Positions 1 to 8,876 of a stretch of 64,000 nt of DNA are shown here, piece by piece. The DNA is taken from contig OZ252239.1 in assembly GCA_965249485.1 (NCBI GenBank), positions 2,720,001-2,784,000 on the forward strand, written 5' to 3'. The notes below the pieces were generated by a model, which was given only the letters and a program-made list of their open reading frames with translations, ran no database searches and was not told where the DNA came from. The DNA comes from a bacterium (GTDB lineage Bacteria > SM23-31). The position numbers were made by a program, and so were the translations under genes. Numbering within the stretch: the first letter of the stretch is position 1; every line of letters starts with the position of its first letter.

Positions 1-443
1 CTCGTTTCCAGAAAAAGACCTGTGGAAGATCCAAAGCGGTTTGTAATAGTACCAATTAAATTATTGGGAACAATATCTGTATTTTGGAGGGCTGACAATT
101 TATCATCAAATACTGAAGATTCATCACCGCCCTGAAGATTGCTGAGATTCGTATAGAGCCAGGTACCCTGATATCGATTGATATACGCCGGATTCAGAGA
201 TAAGTCAGAATAGAGATCATCGACAAAACCGTGCAAACCAGTCCCCATACCCCGTAACTAAAAAGAGTATTTATCATCCTGAGCTGCTGCGGTATCAATA
301 ATAGTCAGTTGTAGACATAAAAAACTAAGGAATAATACAATTCCTCGTAGGCCACAATGTTTATTTTTATTTTTCTTACTGTTCTTCTGTACCATATAAG
401 TCCGTAAATATGGCCCGATAATAGGGAAATTATTGCCGGACAT
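1..443 (-). pseudogene. Exported, probably outer-membrane, protein with an in-frame TAG just after the signal peptide; runs off the window edge
   Basis: ORF 258..443 encodes a signal peptide (basic N-region, hydrophobic core, AAA-QDD). The same frame stays open for 85 codons past the TAG at 258-260 (LRGMGTGLHGFVDDLYSDLSLNPAYINRYQG...), resembling the GMG...DD...NPA N-terminal motif of FadL/PorV-like barrels. Confidence 0.6.
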
Positions 444-452
444 CCTCTTTTA

Positions 453-698
453 TTACATGACCTGAATCTGCGACTTTCTTATAATCGCTTTTACAGACGA
501 AAAATGCAGCGCAACAGATACTATCAAGCTATCATTGGGACTAAGCCGGTCATAATATTGTGCTTGATTTACGTCTATTACGACTTCTGTCCCCTGTTTG
601 AACTGCAATCCGTTAAATGCGACAGATTCTTTGAGAATGCCATTCATTGTACTCACCCGATTAATTATTATTACATCGCTCAGTGGCGATTTATGCAA
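453..698 (-). CDS. Small hypothetical protein (start may be the ATG at 647)
   Basis: 81-aa ORF ending 9 nt before the next minus-strand gene; no recognisable motif. Confidence 0.4.
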   Translation of the reverse strand: MHKSPLSDVIIINRVSTMNGILKESVAFNGLQFKQGTEVVIDVNQAQYYDRLSPNDSLIVSVALHFSSVKAIIRKSQIQVM

Positions 699-894
699 CT
701 TCTATGCCATATAATTTCCCCACTTGTTAAAGTATCGGCATAATTCCCGCTATTAATAAGATTTTTTGAAACTATTTGTCAATTCAGATCAATAGTGTTT
801 TTTTGATTACATTCTTCTATTTTTCCCTTTTCCTTTCTCCGGCAAATATGTACATTCTATACACAAGTTTTAGGATTAGAAAAGGGATGAACAC

Positions 895-2070
895 ATGACA
901 ATAGGACTTATTTTCAGTTTAGCACTTTTGTGTATCGCATATGGAACATCTAACGCACAAGAACGCCAGCGAGCACGGGAACTAGGTGTCCACATTGGAA
1001 TTTTAAAACCCGGAAAATATAATGCTATTACCGATGTACCCGGTGTGACGGTCGGTCACACTACCTTATTTGAAGGTGACAATATCAGGACCGGAGTAAC
1101 TGCAATTGTGCCCCATTCGGGCAATTTATTTCAGGAAAAGGTGCCCGGTGCGGTATTTGTCGGTAATGGATTCGGAAAAGCTGTTGGTTTCACACAGGTA
1201 GATGAGCTTGGCACAATTGAAACGCCCATCATCCTGACCAATACACTCAGTACATTTACAGCTGCATCCGGACTAATTGAATATATGCTTGCTCTACCCG
1301 GTAATGAAGAAGTTCGCTCCGTAAATCCTGTTATCGGAGAAACAAATGATGGCGGACTAAATGACATCAGGGGTATGCATGTAAAAGAAAAAAATGTGCG
1401 CCAGGCTATTGCTTCTGCGAAAAGCGGCTCTATTGAAGAAGGGTCTGTCGGTGCAGGCACAGGCACCCGAGCTCTCGGTTTTAAAGGAGGAATCGGAACA
1501 TCTTCCAGAATTCTGCCTAATGTTGATGGCGGTTATACAATCGGAGTTCTTGTTCAATCTAATTTTGGTGGTATTCTGAGCATCAATGGTGCGCCAGTCG
1601 GGCGTGAGTTGGAAAAATTCCCATATGCAGACCGTTTTCCTTACCATGACAATGATGAAGGATCTTGTATGATTATTATTGCAACCGATGCGCCTCTATC
1701 GGCACGAAATCTCAAGCGTCTCGCTAAAAGGTCATTTCTGGCGTTCGGTAAAATCGGCGCATACTCATCAAATGGAAGCGGAGATTATTCTATTGCATTT
1801 TCAACGCACTCAGAAATCAGAATAACAAATGAGTCCAGCGAAGTTGAACGAAAAACATTAGATGTTGAAAACAGTAGGATGTCACCACTTTTTCTTGCGG
1901 TTGTTGAAGCGACTGAGGAAGCACTTATCAATTCGCTCTTTATGGCTCATGAAATTACAGGTAATGGAAGAACACAAGAAGCACTACCGATAGACAAAAC
2001 AATGAATATTTTGAAGAAATATAACGCACTCAACTGGAACGAAACGATTCCACCCTGGACAGATAAATAG
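895..2070 (+). CDS. dmpA: DmpA/P1 (S58) family aminopeptidase with signal peptide
   Basis: NAITDVPGVTVGH, GNGFGK, GETNDG, G|SCMIIIATDAP autoprocessing site, SNGSGD. Confidence 0.9.
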   Translation: MTIGLIFSLALLCIAYGTSNAQERQRARELGVHIGILKPGKYNAITDVPGVTVGHTTLFEGDNIRTGVTAIVPHSGNLFQEKVPGAVFVGNGFGKAVGFTQVDELGTIETPIILTNTLSTFTAASGLIEYMLALPGNEEVRSVNPVIGETNDGGLNDIRGMHVKEKNVRQAIASAKSGSIEEGSVGAGTGTRALGFKGGIGTSSRILPNVDGGYTIGVLVQSNFGGILSINGAPVGRELEKFPYADRFPYHDNDEGSCMIIIATDAPLSARNLKRLAKRSFLAFGKIGAYSSNGSGDYSIAFSTHSEIRITNESSEVERKTLDVENSRMSPLFLAVVEATEEALINSLFMAHEITGNGRTQEALPIDKTMNILKKYNALNWNETIPPWTDK

Positions 2071-2097
2071 GAATAATTCCTTTTTAAGGAGAATACA

Positions 2098-2649
2098 ATG
2101 ACACGTGATGAGGCCTGGAACCTCTTGAACAAATACACAAAAAAAGACGGATTACTTAAACACGCTCTTGCCGTTGAAGCATTGATGCGGGCATATGCGA
2201 AAAAATTCGGTGAAGACGAAGATATATGGGGAATTGTCGGTCTTATTCATGATTTTGACTATGAACAATATCCAACACAAGAAGACCATCCCTACCGCGG
2301 ATCGGAAATTCTTGAGGAAATTGGTTTCCCCGAAGAATACCGGCGGGCAATAATGTCACATGCCGAATATTCGGGGGTCCCTCGTGACACGCTCATGGCA
2401 AAAACACTCTTTGCAGTTGACGAGCTTTCCGGATTTATAACGGCAGTTGCCCTTGTGCGTCCGAGCAAGAAACTTGAGGATGTAAAGGTGAAATCAGTGA
2501 AGAAAAAATTGAAAGACAAAGCGTTTGCTGCTTCAGTGAGCCGGGAAGACATCCAAACAGGTATCAAAGAGCTTGATATCGATCAGGACGAACATATACA
2601 ATTTTGTATCGAAGGCATGAAAACAATTGCAGAAGATCTCGGACTCTGA
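2098..2649 (+). CDS. HD/HDIG-domain metal-dependent phosphohydrolase
   Basis: KHALAVE, GLIHDFDYE, LFAVDELSGF; AAGGAG Shine-Dalgarno. Confidence 0.88.
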   Translation: MTRDEAWNLLNKYTKKDGLLKHALAVEALMRAYAKKFGEDEDIWGIVGLIHDFDYEQYPTQEDHPYRGSEILEEIGFPEEYRRAIMSHAEYSGVPRDTLMAKTLFAVDELSGFITAVALVRPSKKLEDVKVKSVKKKLKDKAFAASVSREDIQTGIKELDIDQDEHIQFCIEGMKTIAEDLGL

Positions 2650-2673
2650 TAGAATACTATTCGTTAATTTATA

Positions 2674-3525
2674 CTACACCATCACCCATCTACTACCCAA
2701 CATTGTTAAAAATCCTTCCTTTTGTAATAGAAGTACTAATTTTAAACAAAGATCCTGGTCTGATTTAATGATTTTTGCAAGTTCCTTGACAGTATTTCCG
2801 GATTTAGATCTATTCAGGTGTTTCAGGATTGCACCGCGAACCTGCCGTTCCGATCCTTGGAATGGTGATTGACGGTGATAATGTGCGCTTTTCTTATTGA
2901 GGTACGGATAGTGTGCTTTTAGCATCACACCGTAATCCATCACGGCATGGTACCAATCACTCGGATTTTTCTTATCAACAGTTTGCTCAACCAAAAGAAT
3001 TATCTCCTTATCCGAAACATATTCCTGATCGCTGAAAAAGTGATGAATATATACAGACCGGATATTTGTTTCTATAAATACTGAAGGAATATTAAACGCA
3101 AATGCCGCGATTGATGATGCTGTAGCTTTGCCTATGCCCGGCAACGTAACCAAATCCACTTCAGAACTTGGTACTTTTCCGCCAAAATCAGTCACAATAG
3201 TGTGTGCACATTGCTGCAATGCAAGCGCTCTACGATTATACCCAAGCCCCTGCCACACCGTATAGATATCCTTCAGAGAAGCATTTGACAATGATTCCAA
3301 TGTTGGAAACATCTCAATAAAATCGTTGTATTTTTGAACGACCCGGGATACCTGAGTCTGTTGAAGCATAATTTCCGATACTATAATATGATATGGATTG
3401 CCTGTCTTTCTCCAAGGAAGTTCCCGGCCGTTTAATTCATAAAACGAATATACCGTACTGTGAAACAGATCTATCTCTTTTTTTGTTAATTTTCCCATGA
3501 CATATAACTTTTTCAGCTTATCCAA
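2674..3525 (-). CDS. mutY: Short MutY-like HhH-GPD A/G-specific adenine glycosylase lacking the 4Fe-4S motif
   Basis: RELPWR, VSEIMLQQTQV, WQGLGYNRRA, LPGIGKATA HhH motif; no Cys cluster after MDYG. Confidence 0.8.
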   Translation of the reverse strand: MDKLKKLYVMGKLTKKEIDLFHSTVYSFYELNGRELPWRKTGNPYHIIVSEIMLQQTQVSRVVQKYNDFIEMFPTLESLSNASLKDIYTVWQGLGYNRRALALQQCAHTIVTDFGGKVPSSEVDLVTLPGIGKATASSIAAFAFNIPSVFIETNIRSVYIHHFFSDQEYVSDKEIILLVEQTVDKKNPSDWYHAVMDYGVMLKAHYPYLNKKSAHYHRQSPFQGSERQVRGAILKHLNRSKSGNTVKELAKIIKSDQDLCLKLVLLLQKEGFLTMLGSRWVMV

Positions 3526-3542
3526 ATTTTGTGATATATAGC

Positions 3543-3590
3543 AAAAAAATAAGGTGTCCGATCACGGAAACCCGTGTGCATCGAACACCT
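3543..3590 (-). terminator. Intrinsic terminator with a long stem
   Basis: Minus strand AGGTGTTCGAT-GCA-CACGG-GTTT-CCGTG-ATCGGACACCT followed by TATTTTTTT. Confidence 0.75.
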
Positions 3591-3616
3591 ATAAATAACA
3601 AGACTATATGTTTCAC

Positions 3617-3727
3617 TCATGAGACGAAAAGATCAGGGAGAATAAATATATCACATACAAAATAATAAAGCTCAGTAACGAATACAACCACAAGCGGAAC
3701 ATACAATATCCATTTAATCAATGCCAT
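3617..3727 (-). CDS. Putative 36-aa hydrophobic membrane peptide (below the ORF-track cutoff)
   Basis: GGAGG 5 nt before ATG; translates to MALIKWILYVPLVVVFVTELYYFVCDIFILPDLFVS*; followed by a terminator. Confidence 0.6.
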   Translation of the reverse strand: MALIKWILYVPLVVVFVTELYYFVCDIFILPDLFVS

Positions 3728-3790
3728 AGTTGCCTCCGAATATACAGAATCGTCAGTTATAAAGTGTGTTTCATATTTTAAATAGATTTA

Positions 3791-3868
3791 TGGTCGGAGC
3801 GGCGGGATTTGAACCCGCGACCCCCAGACCCCCAGTCTGGTGCGCTAACCGGGCTGCGCTACGCTCCG
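3791..3868 (-). tRNA. tRNA-Pro(GGG)
   Basis: Cloverleaf CGGAGCG...CGCTCCG-A-CCA; anticodon arm CCAGA-CTGGGGG-TCTGG; GGTTCAAATCC T-arm; CCA encoded. Confidence 0.97.
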
Positions 3869-3877
3869 ATCAATTTC

Positions 3878-4246
3878 TCAATTCACTTTTTCATCAAGAA
3901 TCTTAAGAATTTCCTCTAATTCACTTTGAATGCCGTCAAGCAGCTCAATATGCAGGTTTTTTTGCGGCTCGGATTTGGGTGGTGCTGATCTTTGAGCATC
4001 ATGCATCTCATGGAGATGGTTTCTTGCGCCTTCGATCGTGTACTTTTTATCATAGAGCAGAGCTTTTATCTTATTTATCAGACGGATATCTTTATCCTTA
4101 TAGATTCTGTTTCCTGCACGATTTTTTGAAGGCCGCAGTTCTAAAAATTCCGTTTCCCAATAGCGAAGAACATATTGTTTAAGCCCCGTTATCTCAGCAA
4201 CTTCACTAATAGAGTAATAAAGTTTTTTGATCGGTTGTGCACTCAT
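3878..4246 (-). CDS. MerR-family HTH transcriptional regulator
   Basis: YYSISEVAEITGLKQYVLRYWETEF...GNRIY; sits immediately upstream of tRNA-Pro, a common arrangement. Confidence 0.9.
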   Translation of the reverse strand: MSAQPIKKLYYSISEVAEITGLKQYVLRYWETEFLELRPSKNRAGNRIYKDKDIRLINKIKALLYDKKYTIEGARNHLHEMHDAQRSAPPKSEPQKNLHIELLDGIQSELEEILKILDEKVN

Positions 4247-4268
4247 CTGATTACTCCGCTATGTGGAT

Positions 4269-5381
4269 TTAGATTAATTTTTCAAGGGGAGTGTATGGTA
4301 AATCAAATGCTTCTGCTACTTTGTCGTATGTAATAGAACCTTTGTAAGTATTCACTCCATGCCAGAGTCCTTTATGCGTCTTGATTGCATTTTCGACTCC
4401 TTTGTTGGCAAGTTCTAAAACAAATGGAAATGTGGAATTGTTTAATGCAATTGTTGAAGTAAATGGAACGGCTCCGGGCATATTTGCAACGCAATAATGG
4501 ACAACACCATCAATGGTGTACGTTGGATCATCATGCGTAGTCGGCTTTGCTGTTTCGATACAGCCTCCCTGATCTACTGCAACATCAACGATAACAGAGC
4601 CTTCTTTCATAAGGCCCAGCATGTCACGTGTAATTAACTTTGGCGCCTTTGCTCCGGGAATTAATACTCCACCAATTACAAGGTCGGCAAGTGATAAATA
4701 TTGCTTGATTGTATGGGGATTCGACATAACGAGATTGACATTTTTCGGCATGACATCATCAAGATACCGCAATCTGTCCAGATTTATATCAAGCATATAA
4801 ACATCGGCTCCCATACCTGCGGCAATAAAAGCGGCATTTGTTCCAACAACACCGGCACCAAGAATTAAGACTGTTGCAGGAGAAACACCTGGGACACCAC
4901 CCAAAAGAATTCCTCTTCCCCCATTCATTTTTTCCAGAAATGTCGCTCCGACCTGAATTGACATCCGCCCGGCAACTTCACTCATAGGAACAAGCAGCGG
5001 TAATGATCCATTTTCACTTTGAACCGTTTCATATGCAATTGTAATCGCTTTCGTGTCTACCATTGATGTAGTCAGCGGTTTATTCGCTGCATAATGAAAA
5101 TAAGTAAATACTGTGTGTTTTTCAGTAATCAAAGAAAATTCTGATTCAAGAGGTTCTTTTACTTTTAATATTAGGTCGGCTGTTTCATATACTTCTTCAG
5201 CAGTTTTGAGAATTGTCGCTCCTTCAACATCATAGTGTTTATCTGCAAACCCACTTCCAACGCCGGCATTACTCTGGACATATATTTCGTGATTATGTTC
5301 TTTGAGAATATGTGCCCCAACAGGAAGAAGCGCAACACGGTACTCATGTTTTTTAATTTCTTTCAGTACTCCAATTTTCAT
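4269..5381 (-). CDS. ald: Alanine dehydrogenase
   Basis: MKIGVLKEIK..EYRV, PMSEVAGR, GVPGV, DVAVDQGGC, HYCVANMPGAVP; start placed at ATG 5381. Confidence 0.95.
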   Translation of the reverse strand: MKIGVLKEIKKHEYRVALLPVGAHILKEHNHEIYVQSNAGVGSGFADKHYDVEGATILKTAEEVYETADLILKVKEPLESEFSLITEKHTVFTYFHYAANKPLTTSMVDTKAITIAYETVQSENGSLPLLVPMSEVAGRMSIQVGATFLEKMNGGRGILLGGVPGVSPATVLILGAGVVGTNAAFIAAGMGADVYMLDINLDRLRYLDDVMPKNVNLVMSNPHTIKQYLSLADLVIGGVLIPGAKAPKLITRDMLGLMKEGSVIVDVAVDQGGCIETAKPTTHDDPTYTIDGVVHYCVANMPGAVPFTSTIALNNSTFPFVLELANKGVENAIKTHKGLWHGVNTYKGSITYDKVAEAFDLPYTPLEKLI

Positions 5382-5505
5382 AAAATCTTTACTTTTCCGG
5401 AAAATCAATTCGGCAGAATAGTCATCAATCGGTATGCACTCTTGCAGTATATAATATCAAAAAGATTATAGCAAATGGTTTTTAAAATATTTTTTGGGAA
5501 CTAGG

Positions 5506-6735
5506 CTATTTGGGTACAATCATTGTTGTTGTTGTATTTTCATCAAGTATTTCTTGAGCAACGGACACAAGATCTTGTGGGGTCACTTTATCAATTCCGT
5601 CCAACACTTGATCGAGGTTGAAATATTGCTGTAGATATAATTCCATTTTTGCAAGTCTATTCATACGGCTATGAGTACTTTCAAGACCGAGCATTAAATT
5701 TCCCTTAAGCTGTGACTTAAGTTTATCCAGTTCTTCCTCAGATAAGGCCTCATCTTTTACCCGTTTAAATTCGTCATCAATTAAAGTTCTTGTTTGCGTA
5801 ATGTTTGCTTTGTCAACACCTATGTAGACGCCAAACACACCAGTATCCGAAAGAAAATCTGCAAAGGTGTAAATTGAATACGCAACACCATATTTCTCCC
5901 TGATATTTTGAAACAAACGGGAGCTCATTCCGCCACCCAGAAGAGCGTGGAGAATGAGAAGGGAATATTTTCGATCATCACTATACGGTAATGCCCGATT
6001 ACCTATACAGACATGTGCCTGTGATATATTACGGGAATAAATCTTTTCAGTTGGACCAGGTTTAATATATCCGTTGTTATTCCTGGCTACTCTATTACCA
6101 TGAGGAATATTGGCATATTTGTTTACAAAACTACATAACGAATCGTGATCAACATTACCAGCAGCAGTGACCACAAGACTATCTGTTGTATAGTGTGCAG
6201 TACGAAATTCAACAATAGCATCTTTGTTCAAGGAGTTAATGTTCTTTTTCGTACCGAGCACAGAAAAGGATAGTGGATGATCCCGGAATAAGTTCTTATG
6301 AAAATAGTCATGAATCAACTCATCAGGAGTATCATCCAAACTACTTATTTCTTCCAGAACCACCTTCTTTTCCTTCTCTATATCTCCTTCATCTATGATC
6401 GGACTTGATAAGAGGTCCATTACAACATCGACGGCAAGTTCAGAGTGTTCATCAAGCACAATTGCATAATAACAGGTAAATTCCTTGGATGTAAATGCGT
6501 TTAATGTTCCGCCGACCGATTCAAGAGATTCGGCAATTTCAGCAGTATTTCTATTACTAGTACCTTTGAAATTCATGTGTTCAAGAAAGTGACTGATCCC
6601 ATTATTCTCACTGCACTCATCGCGGGAACCGTTATTTAGCCAAGCTCCAATCGAAACAGAACGGACATGAGGCATAAATTCGGTAACCACCCGTATTCCG
6701 CTGGGTAATACTGTTTTATTAACAACAGAATTCAT
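5506..6735 (-). CDS. M16B family zinc peptidase
   Basis: Inverted zinc motif HFLEH, LNAFTSKE, GGGMSSRLFQNIRE; usual position downstream of pnp. Confidence 0.93.
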   Translation of the reverse strand: MNSVVNKTVLPSGIRVVTEFMPHVRSVSIGAWLNNGSRDECSENNGISHFLEHMNFKGTSNRNTAEIAESLESVGGTLNAFTSKEFTCYYAIVLDEHSELAVDVVMDLLSSPIIDEGDIEKEKKVVLEEISSLDDTPDELIHDYFHKNLFRDHPLSFSVLGTKKNINSLNKDAIVEFRTAHYTTDSLVVTAAGNVDHDSLCSFVNKYANIPHGNRVARNNNGYIKPGPTEKIYSRNISQAHVCIGNRALPYSDDRKYSLLILHALLGGGMSSRLFQNIREKYGVAYSIYTFADFLSDTGVFGVYIGVDKANITQTRTLIDDEFKRVKDEALSEEELDKLKSQLKGNLMLGLESTHSRMNRLAKMELYLQQYFNLDQVLDGIDKVTPQDLVSVAQEILDENTTTTMIVPK

Positions 6736-8864
6736 TAATTATCCGATTTTGAATGAGATTCATTCTTTTCTGATGAGCGGTTTTCGGAATTTTTCAGGAG
6801 CACTTTTCTGGATAAATCTACCTTACCGGACGGATCAACTTTAAGAACCTTGACCTGTAATTCTTGACCAAGCTTCAATACATCTTCGACTTTATTAATT
6901 CGATGGTTCTCAATTTCGGAAATATGGAGCAACCCATCTTTACCGGGAAGTATTTCTACAAACGCACCAAAATTGGTGATGCGCTTTACTGTTCCGTCGT
7001 ATATTTTGCCAACTTCCGGCACAGCAAGCAACTCATCTACAATCCGTTTTGCTTCATTCCCATTCTTTTCATCTACTGCAGAGATGAATATAGTACCATC
7101 GTCCTCTATGCTGATTGTTGATTCTGTTCTTTCCTGTATTTCTCGAATAATCTTCCCACCTGGTCCGATAATCATACCGATATTCGCAGGATCGATCTTA
7201 AAGATTATGATTTTCGGTGCATAAGGAGATATATTCGGCTTCGGCTTATCAAGAGTCTTATTCATAATAGCAAGAATAGTGTTCAGACCTTCCCGTGCTT
7301 GCTCGATTGCACTTTTCATTATCTCAATTGAGATTCCTTTGACCTTGATATCCATTTGAATAGCCGTTACACCTTCCGCAGTACCAGCTACTTTAAAATC
7401 CATATCACCAAGATGATCTTCATCTCCAAGAATGTCCGAAAGTATAATGACCTCATTTTCATCCTTAATTAAACCCATTGCGATTCCGGCAATCTGTTTT
7501 TTTATTGGGACACCGGCATCCATTAAAGACAATGAACCTGCACACACTGTTGCCATTGACGATGAACCGTTTGATTCAAGAATATCGGAAACTATTCTTA
7601 ATGTATAAGGAAATTCATCTTCTTCAGGAATAATACTCTGTATAGCTTTCTCAGCAAGACGACCGTGACCTATTTCACGCCTACCTGGACCTCTGGGAAA
7701 ACTGACTTCTCCAACACTAAATGAAGGGAAGTTATAATGCAGCATAAAACTTTTACAGGACGAACCGTCAAGTCCCTCTATTTTCTGCTCATCAATTTTT
7801 GTCCCGAGCGTAGTCACGGCAATACTCTGTGTCTCGCCTCTGGTAAACAGCGCTGACCCATGTGTCCGAGGTAATACTGCTATTTCACACGTTATATCCC
7901 GGACATCTGTATTACTCCGTCCATCAAGTCTGACACTGTCTTTAAGGATAATATCCCTGATAGTGTTTTTTTCTATCTCACCAAAGTATTTTTTAATTTT
8001 CTTCTCTGAATCGGGATATTCCTCTTCCAACGTCTTCAGTGTAGTGTCTAACGCTTTTCGCATTTTATCATGCCGTGGCATCTTTTCTTTTAATTTAATA
8101 GATTCCTTGATAATCGGTAATCCTGTATCCCAAACTTTCTTTTGCAATTCTTCATCAACTTCCGGAACCGTAATCTCCTGCTTAATCACACCAATCTCTT
8201 GTGCCATTTCATCTATGATTGGAATGATTTTTTTGCAGTTTTCATGAGCAAACTCCAACGCTTCTACAAGTTCCTGCTCGGATATTTCTTTTGCTTCTCC
8301 TTCAACCATAATTAACGATTCAGCAGAAGCAGCAACCACTATATCGAGCGCACTTTCATGAAGTTGTTCGAATGTTGGATTGACTATTAATTCACCATCA
8401 ATTTTTCCAACCCGCACTGCGGCAATCGTTGCATCGAACGGCACGTCCGAAATGGTAATCGCCGCTGAAGCACCAATTATACCTAATATATCCGAGTCAT
8501 TCTCTTGATCAGATGACAGAACATTAATAGTAACCATTGTTTCGTAGAGGAATTCCTTAAAACAAAGCGATCTGATTGGCCTGTCAATCAGACGAGCACT
8601 CAATGTTTCCTTATCAGTTGGGCGCCCTTCACGCTTGAAAAAACCTCCCGGTATTTTTCCTGCTGCATAAGCTTTTTCTCTATAATCAACGGTCAACGGA
8701 ACGAATCCTCTGTCCTCAATTTGATTATTTGACCGCGTAACAGCAACCAGCGCTACCGTTTCACCATATTGAATCCATATAGAACCACTGGCCTGCCGTG
8801 CAACTCTCCCTGTTTCCAGTGAAAGCATCCGTCCCCCGATTTCAATTTCCTTGCGTACGATCAT
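6735..8864 (-). CDS. pnp: Polyribonucleotide nucleotidyltransferase
   Basis: GKIPGGFFKREGRP, RREIGHG, ESNGSSSMA, DHLGDMDFKVAG, KH and S1 domains. Confidence 0.98.
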   Translation of the reverse strand: MIVRKEIEIGGRMLSLETGRVARQASGSIWIQYGETVALVAVTRSNNQIEDRGFVPLTVDYREKAYAAGKIPGGFFKREGRPTDKETLSARLIDRPIRSLCFKEFLYETMVTINVLSSDQENDSDILGIIGASAAITISDVPFDATIAAVRVGKIDGELIVNPTFEQLHESALDIVVAASAESLIMVEGEAKEISEQELVEALEFAHENCKKIIPIIDEMAQEIGVIKQEITVPEVDEELQKKVWDTGLPIIKESIKLKEKMPRHDKMRKALDTTLKTLEEEYPDSEKKIKKYFGEIEKNTIRDIILKDSVRLDGRSNTDVRDITCEIAVLPRTHGSALFTRGETQSIAVTTLGTKIDEQKIEGLDGSSCKSFMLHYNFPSFSVGEVSFPRGPGRREIGHGRLAEKAIQSIIPEEDEFPYTLRIVSDILESNGSSSMATVCAGSLSLMDAGVPIKKQIAGIAMGLIKDENEVIILSDILGDEDHLGDMDFKVAGTAEGVTAIQMDIKVKGISIEIMKSAIEQAREGLNTILAIMNKTLDKPKPNISPYAPKIIIFKIDPANIGMIIGPGGKIIREIQERTESTISIEDDGTIFISAVDEKNGNEAKRIVDELLAVPEVGKIYDGTVKRITNFGAFVEILPGKDGLLHISEIENHRINKVEDVLKLGQELQVKVLKVDPSGKVDLSRKVLLKNSENRSSEKNESHSKSDN

Positions 8865-8876
8865 TAAAATTATCCT

